Under the pieces are notes generated by a model that was not told the origin of the DNA, made no database searches, and saw only the letters and a program-made list of their open reading frames with translations. The position numbers were made by a program, and so were the translations under genes. Below, in pieces: positions 24,143 through 35,934 of a stretch of 64,000 nt of DNA (positions within the stretch are counted from its first letter, which is position 1; each line of letters begins with the position of its first letter). The DNA is from Carcharhinus longimanus. Taxonomy: Eukaryota. The stretch covers positions 50,447,514-50,511,513 of the forward strand of contig JASCQW010000081.1 in assembly GCA_030264375.1 (NCBI GenBank). The letters are read 5' to 3'.

Positions 24143-25315
24143 CTGAGTGCAAATTGGAATATATTCATCAAGCATGTCCTGAAGGAGGTCCTCAAGATCT
24201 GCCATATCATCAAAGTTAAGGTGCATCCTAGGAGGTTCTAGGTATCTGCCAGCTAATTCATGGCCATGGTTTTGTAGATGTGACTTGGAAATTCCATCAC
24301 CCAAACTGCCACTTGACTGAGAGCCCAAAGGAGAGGGCCTGAGTGGAACTGGCAGTTTGCTGCCTTTTGGACTCAGAACAGGCCTGTATTCTACATTCTT
24401 CACTAAGTTAAGTACGAAGTCCAGTTTTTGGCTGTGCAACATAGGGTGAGTTGCTTGGCCATCAGAAAAGTCCGATTTGGGACTTTTGTCATCTTTGGCA
24501 CCTTTTTCTACTTGTGCCACTTCTCTGACAGGTGCAGAGGATTCCACTGCAGCACCAAGAGATTCAACAGAAGAGGCTGGAGACATTTTATCCAGAGAGT
24601 CAGCATAGACAGAAGTCCTAGACTCACACTGGGTAATGGACACAGTCTCATGTATGACCGGCATTGTCAGTCCTTCCTCAGCAGTCATGCTGCCCACCAC
24701 ACTACTTCCACACTTGATAGATGGATCACTAGAAACAGTCTTTGCTAATTTGCGGGGCACTCTGCAAACTGCCTCATAGTCTGCATCATTCACACGCAAG
24801 GCGGAACAGCTGCGACACTTCCGGGATTTGTAGCTGGAGGTCTCTGAAGTCTGGCAGCTATGAGTTTCCATGGCCTCCTCCCCCTGTTCTGTCCACGATT
24901 CAAATCCAGAATAGACAAAGTCATCCTGCAGCAGCGCGTGATACCGAACATCGGGGAGGTTGGAGACATCTGCCACGATATCCTCTCCCTTGCTGTCAGT
25001 GCTTGGATCCTCATTGTTTTTACGATATAGACTAGCTATGCAGTGCTTGATACGATCCTTCTCTACGAGCAGCTTCTGCAAACGCTCAATGGATAGTGCT
25101 TCAATCCTTGCAATAACTGTGTCAAACCTGTAGATACGGTCTAACATGAATGCACATTTGCTACAAGCAAACTCTGCTTTCCCATCTCGGGAGACCTCTT
25201 TGCCCAGTATGTGTGATAGGATAACCTGTAGGTTCAATTTGGAAGCTGTGTGAAAGATCCATCGTCGTTGGTTACCACATAGCTCTCGGGCACAGATTCT
25301 ACAAGCCTCCTTCAT
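24143..25315 (-). CDS. PDE4DIP: Alternative first coding exon of the short myomegalin isoform (SMYLE/MMG8 type), 391 codons
   Basis: ORF 23996..25315 starts MKEACRICARELCGNQRRWIFHTASKLNLQV...FACSKCAFMLDRIYRFDTVIARIEALSIERLQKLL, nearly identical to the recalled human MMG8 N-terminus. Donor cag|gtattg after ...YIPICTQ, phase 0. Contains the SKLP EB1-binding motif. Confidence 0.97.
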
Positions 25316-25499
25316 TTTCCAGCATGGAGTTGACTATTCACTAAAAAAATGATAAAGTGCACAAGATCAACCAGCAATGTCAAAATGCAAACAGAAATGT
25401 CACAACCCTGGTCAATCTGATATGTGGGCTTTGACCTTTGGCCTTGGCTTCTCAATAATAATGGAAAAGTCAATGGTTTATATCAGTAATAAATAACTT

Positions 25500-27150
25500 T
25501 GCTGCACCCAAGATTCAAATAACCAGGCCCGGCAGGAAGTCAACCTATAATCAGTGCTTGTAATCAAAGCACCGAAATTACGCAGGCTCCTTTCCTGTGA
25601 GGCTTGGGTTCCGCTCTGATGTTGAGGTGTCAGTCATTCATTTCGGTTAATGAATTCTATCTGCCGCCAATTCGGATAAATGATGGTTCCGACGCTATCT
25701 CGAACCAATTCAGGGCTTAGCAAGGCGGCACCAACTCACATCTTGTTGTAAAATGCGCGGTTTTAAAAATTATCTTCCAGAAAAAAAATCCGTGCAATAA
25801 ATTATCAATTGAACTCGGTACATCACATAGGCCAGCGATCCGGATTTCCTTTGTTCCCAGTTTAAACGCAGCCCTCATTAAATGCAATTACAGGTGAATC
25901 AAAAAGCGGGCGGTGGTTCGTACGTTTTGCAGAAACAGTATCCATTCCGCCTCCATTCCCTGAAGGATTAGAACTCAGAGACTATGTCGATGGGCAGGGC
26001 CAGCAAGTGTCATTGTAATCTATATATAAAAAAAATCCCTGGGGCCGCCGAATGAACACCGATCCCTTTCAGTCTGCACACGTTGCTGGGCTATCTTCTT
26101 GTCGGAGAGAACGTCGCACACGGTTCTGAGAATAACTCTTCATTTACTCCAGAGAAAGAACCACCTTACCATCCTTTGGTCTGCTTTGCTCCCACTCGGT
26201 GCTGAAGGCAGGGCAATTTAATATCAGACCGGGAGATACCGCCCACTCAATCTCAAACAAAGCAGCAGCCTGATAAGTAACGGGACAGACTGGAAGAGAT
26301 TGCCTATCGAAACTGATTCAATCACGTACCGTTATGTGGGTTTTCTGGATACAATGTCACCAGGACACAGGGAAAGCCGCTGTTTGCAACTATCTAACCC
26401 GGCAGTGATGTGGCAACACTGTAAAGTGTAGCTGCCTGGAACTGACAGTGTTCCAGGGATCTGGGACAAACCATACGCTACTCGGGGAGGATCCGCTCCA
26501 TTCTGAGCCTCCGAAACTCATTGCAATCTGACAAACCTCGCTGCAATTTACAACACAACAACCGATATTACGTTAAAATGCAGTTCCAGTAGGCACGGTG
26601 CAGGAATAAGGACTCCGAAGCGTCTGAGAGGAAACCACCTATCTTCACCCGCACCCGTCTGCGTTGTGATACGATAGGCCCGAAACATGTCCTTTGTCCA
26701 GTTTGGTTCCCCCCTCCCCCGCCGGGCACTGTCTGCCAACGCAGGAGGCTGCGGCACCAGCTCCGAGCCCTACTCCCCGGCAGGATAACTCTTTTTTAAT
26801 ATAAATAAATACTTCCTGCAGAAACTTGTTCCTGCTCATCAGTGTTGCAAAACAAGAACACTGCACGTTTCGTCTACCTGGCTCGATAGTGTTGTTCCTG
26901 GCCTGATTGGCATTGCAAATACGTCTGGTATCTTGTGTGTTGACTACCTTTAAAGGTGGGCGTTGTGCGAGGTCGGCGCGCATCGTAGGAAAACCCCCAC
27001 TGTCTGAGGGTACAGTCTCTTTAAAAATACAAGGGATCTATTGTTTTGCACTCTTCTCGCATGAAAGGCCCGCTGTCTCAGCTTGCTTTCACCCAAGAGG
27101 TTCAAATCCGAGAACAGCGTCAAGATGGTGTGATCCAACAATATATTTTT
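25500..27150 (-). promoter_or_regulatory. CpG-enriched internal promoter / 5' leader of the SMYLE-type isoform
   Basis: No recognisable repeats and visibly more CpG than the flanking introns; lies directly upstream of the alternative first exon. GC boxes near 25908 and 26710, CCAAT on the minus strand near 26905, AT-rich TATA/MEF2-like motifs near 26020 and 26795. TSS not determinable. Confidence 0.65.
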
Positions 27151-27861
27151 AAAAAGTCAAAACATCATTTTTATTAAAGAAGCTGTAAGAAGCCATCTTG
27201 AGTGGCGGTGTGCAAGACAATAGCAGCACATAACTCAGCTACAACACTCAAGAATCCCCAAGAAGACCTCTGAGAGATATGAGTTATTTCTCTGCCACTA
27301 GATGTTAAATTGATCTAGTAAACCATTAATATGTTTGTATTCAAGAAGCTGAATTGTCTGACAATAGATGCTGTCTGTGAGACCGAAACAAAAATAATCA
27401 TGTTTCCAGCATGAGTGACATTGCATCAAGTGAAGAGGTGAAGTAGTTTCCTGTTTATTTAGATAATGTGACAGTTTAATGGCATTAGGGGACATAATAA
27501 GATTATAAGGGAAGATTTTATAGGTTGATACAAATGCCAGCTGAAATGATAAATGCCAGTTTGATTTTATGATAATATAGTTTTAGTGCTCCCTCTGCAC
27601 CATAGATTTAGCAGATGACCTAGTCTGTGGACTCAGTGTAATACTGAAGGAGTGTTTTATGCACAAATGTATAGTTTTTCAATTGAGATGTCAAACTAAT
27701 ATATAGGTTCAGATCCTATGGCACAATTCCTATGGGTCAATACCAGAAGGCATAGTTTTAAGGTACGAATCAGGCCATTTAGAGGGTATTTCAGGAAAAA
27801 CCTTTTTACCCAGAGAGTTGAGAGAATCTGGAATTCCCTATCTGAAAGGATGGTAGAGGAA

Positions 27862-28565
27862 TTGTAAGAAGTCTCACAACACCCAGGGGAACAAGTTTAT
27901 TTGGCATCACAAGCTTTCAGAATGCTGCTTCTTCATCAGATGAGTGGAGGTTACAAACACGGCGTATATAGGCAAAGACACAACTGCTGAATGGACACCA
28001 CACAATTGCCAGGCAGGAGTGTTCCCTTTGAGTAGAGGAGCACTTCAGCATTCAAGGACATTCAGTCTCTGATCTTCAGGTAGGCGTTCTCCAAGGTGGC
28101 CTTCAAGATACATGAAAAAGCAGAATCACCGAGCAGAAACTTTTAGCCAAGTTCCACATGCATGAGGACAGCCTCAACGGGGATCTTGGGTTCATGTCAC
28201 ACTAAGCATAACCCCCACCATACTGCCTAGGTTTGCAAAATCCTGTTAACTGTCCTAGCTTCAGACAAATCACACCCCTTTAACCTGTGATTATCCCTCA
28301 CTCCATGCACACTGTTTGTACCTGTAAAGACTTGATTCCTATAAAGACTCACATTCCAACAATTCTTTGCATTCCAGTCTGTAATTATGTTGCAATTGTG
28401 ACTTTGCCTATTTATGCCATGTTTTTGAACTTACCTCCACTCACCTGATGAAGTAACAATGTTCTGAAAGCTCGTGATTCCAAATAAACCTGTTAGACTT
28501 TAAGCTGGTGTTATGAGACTTCTTACTGTGCCCACCCCAGTCCAACACAGGCATCTCCACCTCAT
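27862..28565. mobile_element. Truncated Penelope-like element with inverted pseudo-LTRs
   Basis: About 130-bp inverted repeats (27862-27990 and 28390-28527) flank a + strand GIY-YIG C-terminal remnant (EHFSIQGHSVSDLQV..LQGGLQ...EQKLLAKF). Confidence 0.85.
28441..28477 (+). ncRNA. Minimal type-I hammerhead ribozyme motif in a Penelope pseudo-LTR (degenerate stem II)
   Basis: tcac-CTGATGA-a-gtaac aat gttct-GAAA-gc-TC-gtga. Catalytic boxes intact, stem I tcac/gtga, palindromic AGCT in place of stem III. Confidence 0.7.
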
Positions 28566-28967
28566 CGTTGAAGAAGCATTTAGATGCTGTGGCACTTGAA
28601 ATGCCACAACATACAACACAACGGATCAGGTGCTGTAAAATGGGATTAAAGTAGATAGGTGCTTGATGGCCATCACAGTCACGATGGGCTGAAAGGTCTC
28701 TTTTTTTTGTGCTGTAAACCTCTGACTCTAACATGGATAATCTTCCAATACCCTCAATGATCATTAATAAAAATAGATAAACTGCTTGCAGTATCTTGCT
28801 GCCTGGGTTTGTCTGCTGTGTTTAACTACTTGACAACACTTCAAAACGTAATCACTCTCTCTTTTCCCCCTTTTTAGTTAATTGTCCCAATAACAATCTC
28901 AACTTATTTTTCATCTAGAAATTCATAGCATGATCAAAGTCTACATGGTTTTGAAAAGGAAATCTTC

Positions 28968-29305
28968 ATAGATACCCTACAATGCAGAAAGAAGCCATTT
29001 GGCCCATCAAGTCTGCACCGACCCCAATCCCACTCAGGCCCTACCCCCATATCCCTACATATTTGCCCACTAATCCCTCTAACCTACATATCTCAGGACA
29101 CTAAGGGACAATTTTAGCGTGGCAATCAACCTAACCTGCACATCTTTGGATTGTAGGAGGAAACCGGAGCACCTGGCAGAAACCCACGCAGACACGAGGA
29201 AAATATGCAAACTCCACACAGACAGTGACCCAAGCTGGGAATCGAACCTAGGTCCCTGGAGCTGTGAAGCAGCAGTGCTAACCACTGTGCTACTGTGCCA
29301 CCCAT
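28968..29305 (-). mobile_element. HE1-like V-SINE, full length, tail A
   Basis: Complete head, V core and tail on the minus strand. Confidence 0.9.
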
Positions 29306-30060
29306 GTTGTTTGACAAATTTATTAGAAATTTTTGAGGATGTAATCAGTAGGGTAGGTGACAGGGAACCAGCAGAAGGAGTACACTTGGATAAGGTATGA
29401 CACAAAACTTGAATGCACAAGACAAGGGTTCATGGAGTTGAGGTAATTATAGATGATTGATTCAGAGACAGGAAGCTAAAGATTGGAATGAACAAGGTAT
29501 TTCCCATTGACAGGCTATGGCTCGAGTGCGGCAAGCATCAGTTCTTGGGCCTCAACTACTTACAATCTATCTTAATGACTTAGACAAAGAGATGGAGAGT
29601 AATGAATGCAAGTTTGCTGATGATACAAAACTATGTGAGAACGCAAGTTTTGAGGAGAACACAGAGGCTGCAAAAATATTTGGAAAGTGGAATTAAAATG
29701 AGCGGCCAGTTTTTCTTTTCTTTAAAATAAAATTTCCGGTGAGTCAGCCCACTGACTCTCCAAAACAGCATCTCAACTAGGCCAAACCCCACCCTTTCCC
29801 CATAACCTTGCGCATTTACAATGGCCAATCTACCTAACCTACACATCTTTGTATCATGGAGGAAACAGGAACATCCAGAGGAAACTCATGCAGACACAGG
29901 GAGGACATGCAAACGCCACACAGTCACCCAAGGCTGCAATCGAACCTTGGTCTCTGGCATTGTGAGGCAGCAGTACTAACTACTGTGCTGCCCTGCCTCT
30001 TTTTTGAGATGACGAACTGAATGGCTTCTTTCTGCACCATAACCTTTCTATAGTTCTATG
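29306..30060 (+). mobile_element. CR1 RT fragment with a nested minus-strand SINE (about 29745-29995)
   Basis: tgtttgacaaatttattagaa...cttgggcctcaactacttacaatctat...tttgctgatgatacaaa (FADDTK). Confidence 0.75.
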
Positions 30061-31387
30061 AAAAAAAGACACTAAATCAATTCGACCACTTATACCTCAA
30101 AAATTGCTAAATGCTATACATGGTCCTTGTGCACTATGGTTCATTCTGTTGTTAAATGTGGAAGTGCAGCAGTCATTTTGCACTCAGAAAGCCTTCACAA
30201 AGAACAGAAGTAAATGACAGTGAGCTCATGGCCATACACCTACTGCCACAAAAGTCTGATAAGCAAACAGAATATTGGCAGTAGCTTACGATGTTCCTGC
30301 TGAATAGGAGAGCCAGCATGGGATGTTCCAGACGCTGAGGATCCTGATGATCAGACTGCACCTCCCATTGAAGGCCTCAGTTAAGATCATGGCCTTAGGT
30401 AAGTGTTAAGGGATAGACTATTTAGTAAGAAGACAGCTACATCATACTAAAAGCAGCAGATTTGGAAAAGAGATTTCAGACTGTAGTGGAGATTTTCTGC
30501 TCTCTTTCCAAAGGGCACCAGATTTTTTAAAAGCCAAAGTTGCAATGGGACAGGTGGCCGAGTGATATTGCGCAATCCAGCCCTTCGATGTTTTTTGACA
30601 GCGTCTAAAATATGCGACGAAAAGCCGGCAGTGCAACTGCCGAGTTACCCTCCACTTTTCTCACCCGAGNNNNNNNNNNNNNNNNNNNNNNNNNNNNNNN
30701 NNNNNNNNNNNNNNNNNNNNNNNNNNNNNNNNNNNNNNNNNNNNNNNNNNNNNNNNNNNNNNNNNNNNNNNNNNNNNNNNNNNNNNNNNNNNNNNNNNNN
30801 NNNNNNNNNNNNNNNNNNNNNNNNNNNNNNNNNNNNNNNNNNNNNNNNNNNNNNNNNNNNNNNNNNNNNNNNNNNNNNNNNNNNNNNNNNNNNNNNNNNN
30901 NNNNNNNNNNNNNNNNNNTTGGACAAAAAAAACTGATAAATTCCGGTGTATTTTTGCACAAAGCTTTGATGAGGAAAAATGCACAGATAAATTTCCTGCT
31001 TTCCTGCAAATATTGCCATTGCATTTTTTAAATATATCTACTTGAACTACTCAAAGACAGGGGCTTTGTTTCATGGGTCTACTTCAATGCCATGCTTGTA
31101 CGAGGCAGTGGTTTTCTAATCTCTCTCTGTATTTAGCTATGGGAAGACATGGTTTCAGCTGAGACCATTGTGGTGCAATACTTCAGGGTATTTCTGCTCC
31201 TTGAAAGGTCTCTCACTGGCTTTTCTGATACTTCAGTGACACCCCTGCTGCGGTACCATTAATATTCTGTTTTCACTGGAGGGTCCATATTGGCAACAGG
31301 CTTCTACTAGCAGCCTGATGCGCATTTTATTTTTTATGAGCCCCAAGCCAAGAAAATGGATCTTGATTGGGTTTTAGCGAGACATGT

Positions 31388-31670
31388 AAAAGTTTAAAGT
31401 TTATTTATTAGTGTCACAAGTAGGCTTACATTAGCACTGCATGAAGTTACTGTGCAAATCTCCTAGTCACCACACTCTGGCACCTGTTCGGGTGCACAGA
31501 GCGAATTTAGCATGGCCAACACATCTAACCAGCACATCTTTTAGACTGTGGGAGGAAACCAGAGCACCCAGAGGAAACCCACACAGACACAGTGAGAGCG
31601 TGCAGACTCTGCACAGGCAGTGACCCAAGCTGGGAATCGAACCCAGGTCAGTGACGCTCTGAGGCAGCAG
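31388..31670 (-). mobile_element. V-SINE, tail type B
   Basis: aaagtttaaagtttatttattagtgtcacaagtaggc tail plus V core. Confidence 0.88.
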
Positions 31671-32339
31671 TCTTACTCTGCTGGAATAGGAGAAAGTCCA
31701 GCCAATATTTGGAGTAGCAGACTGTGGCATTGTATGGTCAAACAAGCAATGCAAATCAAATCATAAATTTGAAACATTACAATTTTAAGATAAACCCAAG
31801 ACATTTTAGGTCTGATTTTCTTTTCTTTGCTGAAGTCACTGGTGTCAACTGGAGGAACAGAAGGGTCAGTTGGAATTATGATGGCTTCAGGCACATAACT
31901 TAAAATATTGGACCAATGCAATGAGATAAAACCTGTCTATATTTACATTCTTAATACCTTGCCAAGAAACTTGAGTGGTACAATGATGGTTATCTCTTGC
32001 AGTGAATTGCCCTTCACGGAACTGTTGTTAACATTGGTCATGCACATGACTAAATTCCACATAGGAGCAACATGGCAATTGAAGTTTTTCCAACATAATC
32101 ACTATATACTCCATACACTACAACGTGTATTGTATGTGTTCAATACTGGATCCATTAATTGAGATAAAGTGCAAGTATTCTTGCAAGATGAGAATAGGCT
32201 CCTTTTTTAAGCTTATAATTAGTAAACTGTTGTCTTACTAAGTAAAGCACAAAGTCCCAATATGATACACTGGTCATAACTTGTGGAAGCAAACAGGAAC
32301 CACATGCACAGTTTTATCATATTTGCCTGTGTGTTGGCT

Positions 32340-33030
32340 TGACTTAATGGCAGCAATTCTTAACTCACATAATTTAAGCTTATACTTCAGAGTGGTATTG
32401 AGGAATTGCTGCAATGTCAAAGTTGCCTGTTATCAGGTGATATGTTAAACAAAGGAAGAACAGGATGTTCTCTCAAGAATTCTGTCCAACATTCATCCCA
32501 GAACCAATGCCACCAAACATGATCTTGTTGTTTTTTCATTTGTTATTATCAAGAGGCACTTAAGTAGTAGGATATTCAAAGTAATATTCTAACAGTCCTC
32601 ACATATATCTTTGAGTGAATTAAATACATTTAACACTACATTTAATTATTATTTTCATATAGAAAATTTATACGAACAAACGTGTACGTCCAGGATGTCT
32701 CAAACAAGGATGAATTATTCTAAAGTTACTCATTATTGTTATAAAGATAAACATGTGCTAGTGCATGAGCTATAACTGGTTAATCTGATTTCCTGGTCTT
32801 GGCTGAGGAATAAATGTTGGTTAGAACACCTGGACAATTCCCAACTCTTCTTCAAAATGGTGTCACGTGACCTTTTTACATTCTGAACAAGCTGACACTT
32901 CCATGGTTTAAGGTCTCATCTGAAATACAGCATCTATCATTTCCTCAGTCTAGATTACGTGCTCAGTCCCTGAAGCAGAAGTGTGAACTCATAACTTCCT
33001 AACAGAGACAACAGCACTACCACTGAACCA
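32340..33030. mobile_element. Two decayed DeuSINE-like copies in opposite orientation
   Basis: Deu-like core on + at about 32400-32520 and on - at about 32790-33030. Confidence 0.5.
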
Positions 33031-33535
33031 AAATTTTAAAGTTTATTCATGAATAGAGTGAATCTCTTTAATTTGCCACTCTGGACAAATTGATTAAGAA
33101 AGATTAAGATTAAGATTGATTAAGAAAAGTTTGGAACTGCAGTCAAAAAATTAAACAATGTGTTATATGCATTATGGATTGTTTTGATGAAATGACAGTG
33201 ACTCAAGTTCAGGTAATCTTGAATGTGATGCAAACAAAGCTGTTTTGCTGCACTCAATTACACAACAGATTTAGTTGTGCTGTAAGTAATGCCCAAATCA
33301 GTTTACAACATTTTCAGAAGTCACCTGAATGAACTCAGTAGTTAAGAACAAGGAAGATTAAATAGTGTAAGTTCACAGTGCTCAGACATAATATTAAATC
33401 TGGCACCACCCATGCTAGTGAACATAATTAGCTCCACTGAAGGTGTGAATTCAGTGAAGCTAATAAAGTGGAATAAAATCAAGACACACAGCCTTATTGA
33501 AGTGGAATAGTTGACATAAAGAAATTTACACCTAC

Positions 33536-33589
33536 CTGCATTTCCTGCTGCGTCCGCAACTTCTCCCTGCCCAGTTCATCTTGCAAATC
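33536..33589 (-). CDS. PDE4DIP: 54-nt coding exon: DLQDELGREKLRTQQEMQ
   Basis: Strong polypyrimidine tract ttttttttctgttttgctag, donor cag|gtaggt, phase 0-0, open frame, coiled-coil-like. Fits between the 50935 exon and the 9066 exon. Confidence 0.8.
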
Positions 33590-34069
33590 CTAGCAAAACA
33601 GAAAAAAAATATTGGTTACTGTGAGGCAGGGCATTCCTTTATTCAGCAATCCGGTAATCCCTGAGAAATTGCACTTGGCCTTGGAGTACAGTTGACATGC
33701 TTTAACATTGCNNNNNNNNNNCATTGCAACGGGCAACCTCATTCTTTGTTCTCTCTATCAGTGGCATTCTCAAATAAAAACAGTAGTCACAAGCATTTCG
33801 AATTAAAACATCCATATTCAATTAGTTGGAACAAATATGTTCCCAGAAAGAAAAAAGATGTGGGACTCCCAACTCACCTCACACTCCTTCCAGATGCCAA
33901 AATACAGAGTTACGCTAAGGCATAAAAGAGCAGCTTATCACTGATATCAGGCCGGCCATTCACACCAGTGGGATTTTCTAGCCCGCTGCAGTGAACAGAG
34001 ATTTGACTGATTCTCCATCCTCACGAGAATACAGCAATGGGGCATGAATGGCCAGAGAATTCTGGCCCA

Positions 34070-34890
34070 GAGCTCAATACGTAGGTCATTCTGCTATTTG
34101 GATCTGCTCGGCATTTCAGTATGATCATGGCTGATCCTCTATCTCAATGCCATAGTTTTGCACTCTCCCCATAATCCTTGTCATGTTTACAGTCTAGAAA
34201 ATTTTATCTATTTCCTTCTTAAATATACTTTCACTTGGCCCCCACAGCCTTCTGTGGTGAAGGATTCCCCAGGTTCACCACTCTGAGTGAAGAGGTATTT
34301 CCTCATCTCGTTCTATCAAACCTACTTGTATCCTGAGACTGACTGTTTATTCTAGACCCCCAGCCAATAATGCAGAAAGTCTTGGGAAGTATAGAAAATG
34401 CAAGGATAAAATTGAAAGGAAGTTAGGAGAATAAAGAAAGGGCATAAAAACAAGTAAAAAATCAAGGAAATCCCAAATATGATTTATAAACTACATAAAA
34501 AATAAGAGAATAAGAGGAATGATAAAAAAACCAAAAAAACTAGTGTGTGTGTGGAGGCATGATTCTTGATGACTACCTTGCAGTTAAAAATGCAGACACT
34601 GTAATTAAGGAGGAGTGTGAAATATTGGATAGTGAAAGGGATTGTACATCTTTGAAGTAGATAACTGAGCAGGATCAAATGAAATGCATCACAAACTGCT
34701 AACAGAAGCAAGGCTGGAAATAGCTGAGCTCTGACCATTTTCCAATCCTATTTGGCCACAGCCATGTTGCTGGAGGAATGCTAATGTATTATTGTTTAAA
34801 AAGGGAGGAATGGATCGACAAAGTGATTACAAATCAGTCAGCTTAACCTCAGTAGACAACTTAGAGGAAACATTTGAGGAACAGTATATA

Positions 34891-34922
<32 letters not shown>

Positions 34923-35660
34923 CATAGAAGCACAAATTAATGAAGGTCCAGGTGTGTGGGTTAGGTTGATTGGCTATGCTAAACTAAAAAACCTAGTGTC
35001 GGGGGTTAATAGGCTAAATACAAAGGGTTACGGGAACCAGGTCTGGGTGGAACTGTTTGGTGCAAACTTGATGGGCCAAATGGCCTCCTTCTGCACTGTA
35101 GGGATTCTATGAAAGGGAATGTTTTGTCTGACTAACCTAATCAAATGTTTTGCGGAGATAACAAGTAGGATCAATGAGGGATTGCGTAGTCTATGTGGAG
35201 TTTAAGGCTTTTGACAAAGTCCCAGGTGACAGACTGGTTCGAACAAAAAAAAAGCCCACGAATTGAAGGACAAACAAAAAGTTGGATCCAAAATTGGCCC
35301 AGTAGCAGGGACAAAACTATAAAAATGGTTATTTTTGTGACTGGAAGGCTTCCAGCGGGATTCTGCAGGGTTCACTATAGAATCCCTTGCTTTTGTGTTA
35401 CATTTCAATGATTTAAACTTAAACATAGGGAATTATTAAGTAGTTTTCAAATGATACAAAAATTGGTTCATGGTTGATTGTGAAGAAGAAAACTACAGAC
35501 TGTAGGAAAGTTTCAATAGACTGAACAGATAGGCAGAAAAGTGGCAAATGATATTCGATCCAGAGAAGTGTGAGGTAATACTTTGCACGAGGAAAATAAT
35601 GAATAAGTGGTAGGATACTGAGAAATGTAGAGAAACAGAGGGTCCTTGGAGTGTCTGACA
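34070..35660. mobile_element. Cluster of CR1 fragments (minus 3' end, then plus ORF2) with a nested SINE 3' half and a (TA)n tract
   Basis: FKKGG...YKSVSLTSV and DDTK-like motifs; SINE at 34950-35112; (TA)n at about 34893-34918. Confidence 0.75.
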
Positions 35661-35934
35661 GACAAAATACAGGTTTTATGGACAGAGAAAGAGGGAGAGA
35701 GAGAGGTGATGGGACAACTTTTCCCCATTTTCTTCACCTCTTGGCTGACTGTGTCAAAACCTATTTTAAGAAAGAGCGTTTTAAAACTTTTGAGTATTGT
35801 GACATAAAGAATAGACATGAACAACCTTTCTGGTGAATTTAATTCAAAAGAAAGGATAAATGTTTATTTGCACAATATCAGAAAAATAAATACAACAAAC
35901 ATCCACTCCCTCAAATGCATAGCCATGCATAGAG

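Larger units (their letters stand above)
27720..28730 (+). mobile_element. CR1 3' fragment split by a Penelope insertion
   Basis: CR1-like sequence at 27720-27860 resumes at about 28565 (aagaagcatttagat...gatgggctgaaaggtct). Confidence 0.7.

Noticed and set aside
24428-25035. Antisense and alternative-frame ORFs over the SMYLE exon
   Set aside because: Shadow ORFs of a real coding exon with no independent evidence.
26548-27152. Short ORFs in the promoter region
   Set aside because: Expected in GC-rich DNA; non-ATG starts in several cases and no recognisable protein similarity.
30562-31031. Six-frame ORFs of 107-139 aa
   Set aside because: Artefacts of translating through N gaps; the same applies to the other X-containing ORFs.
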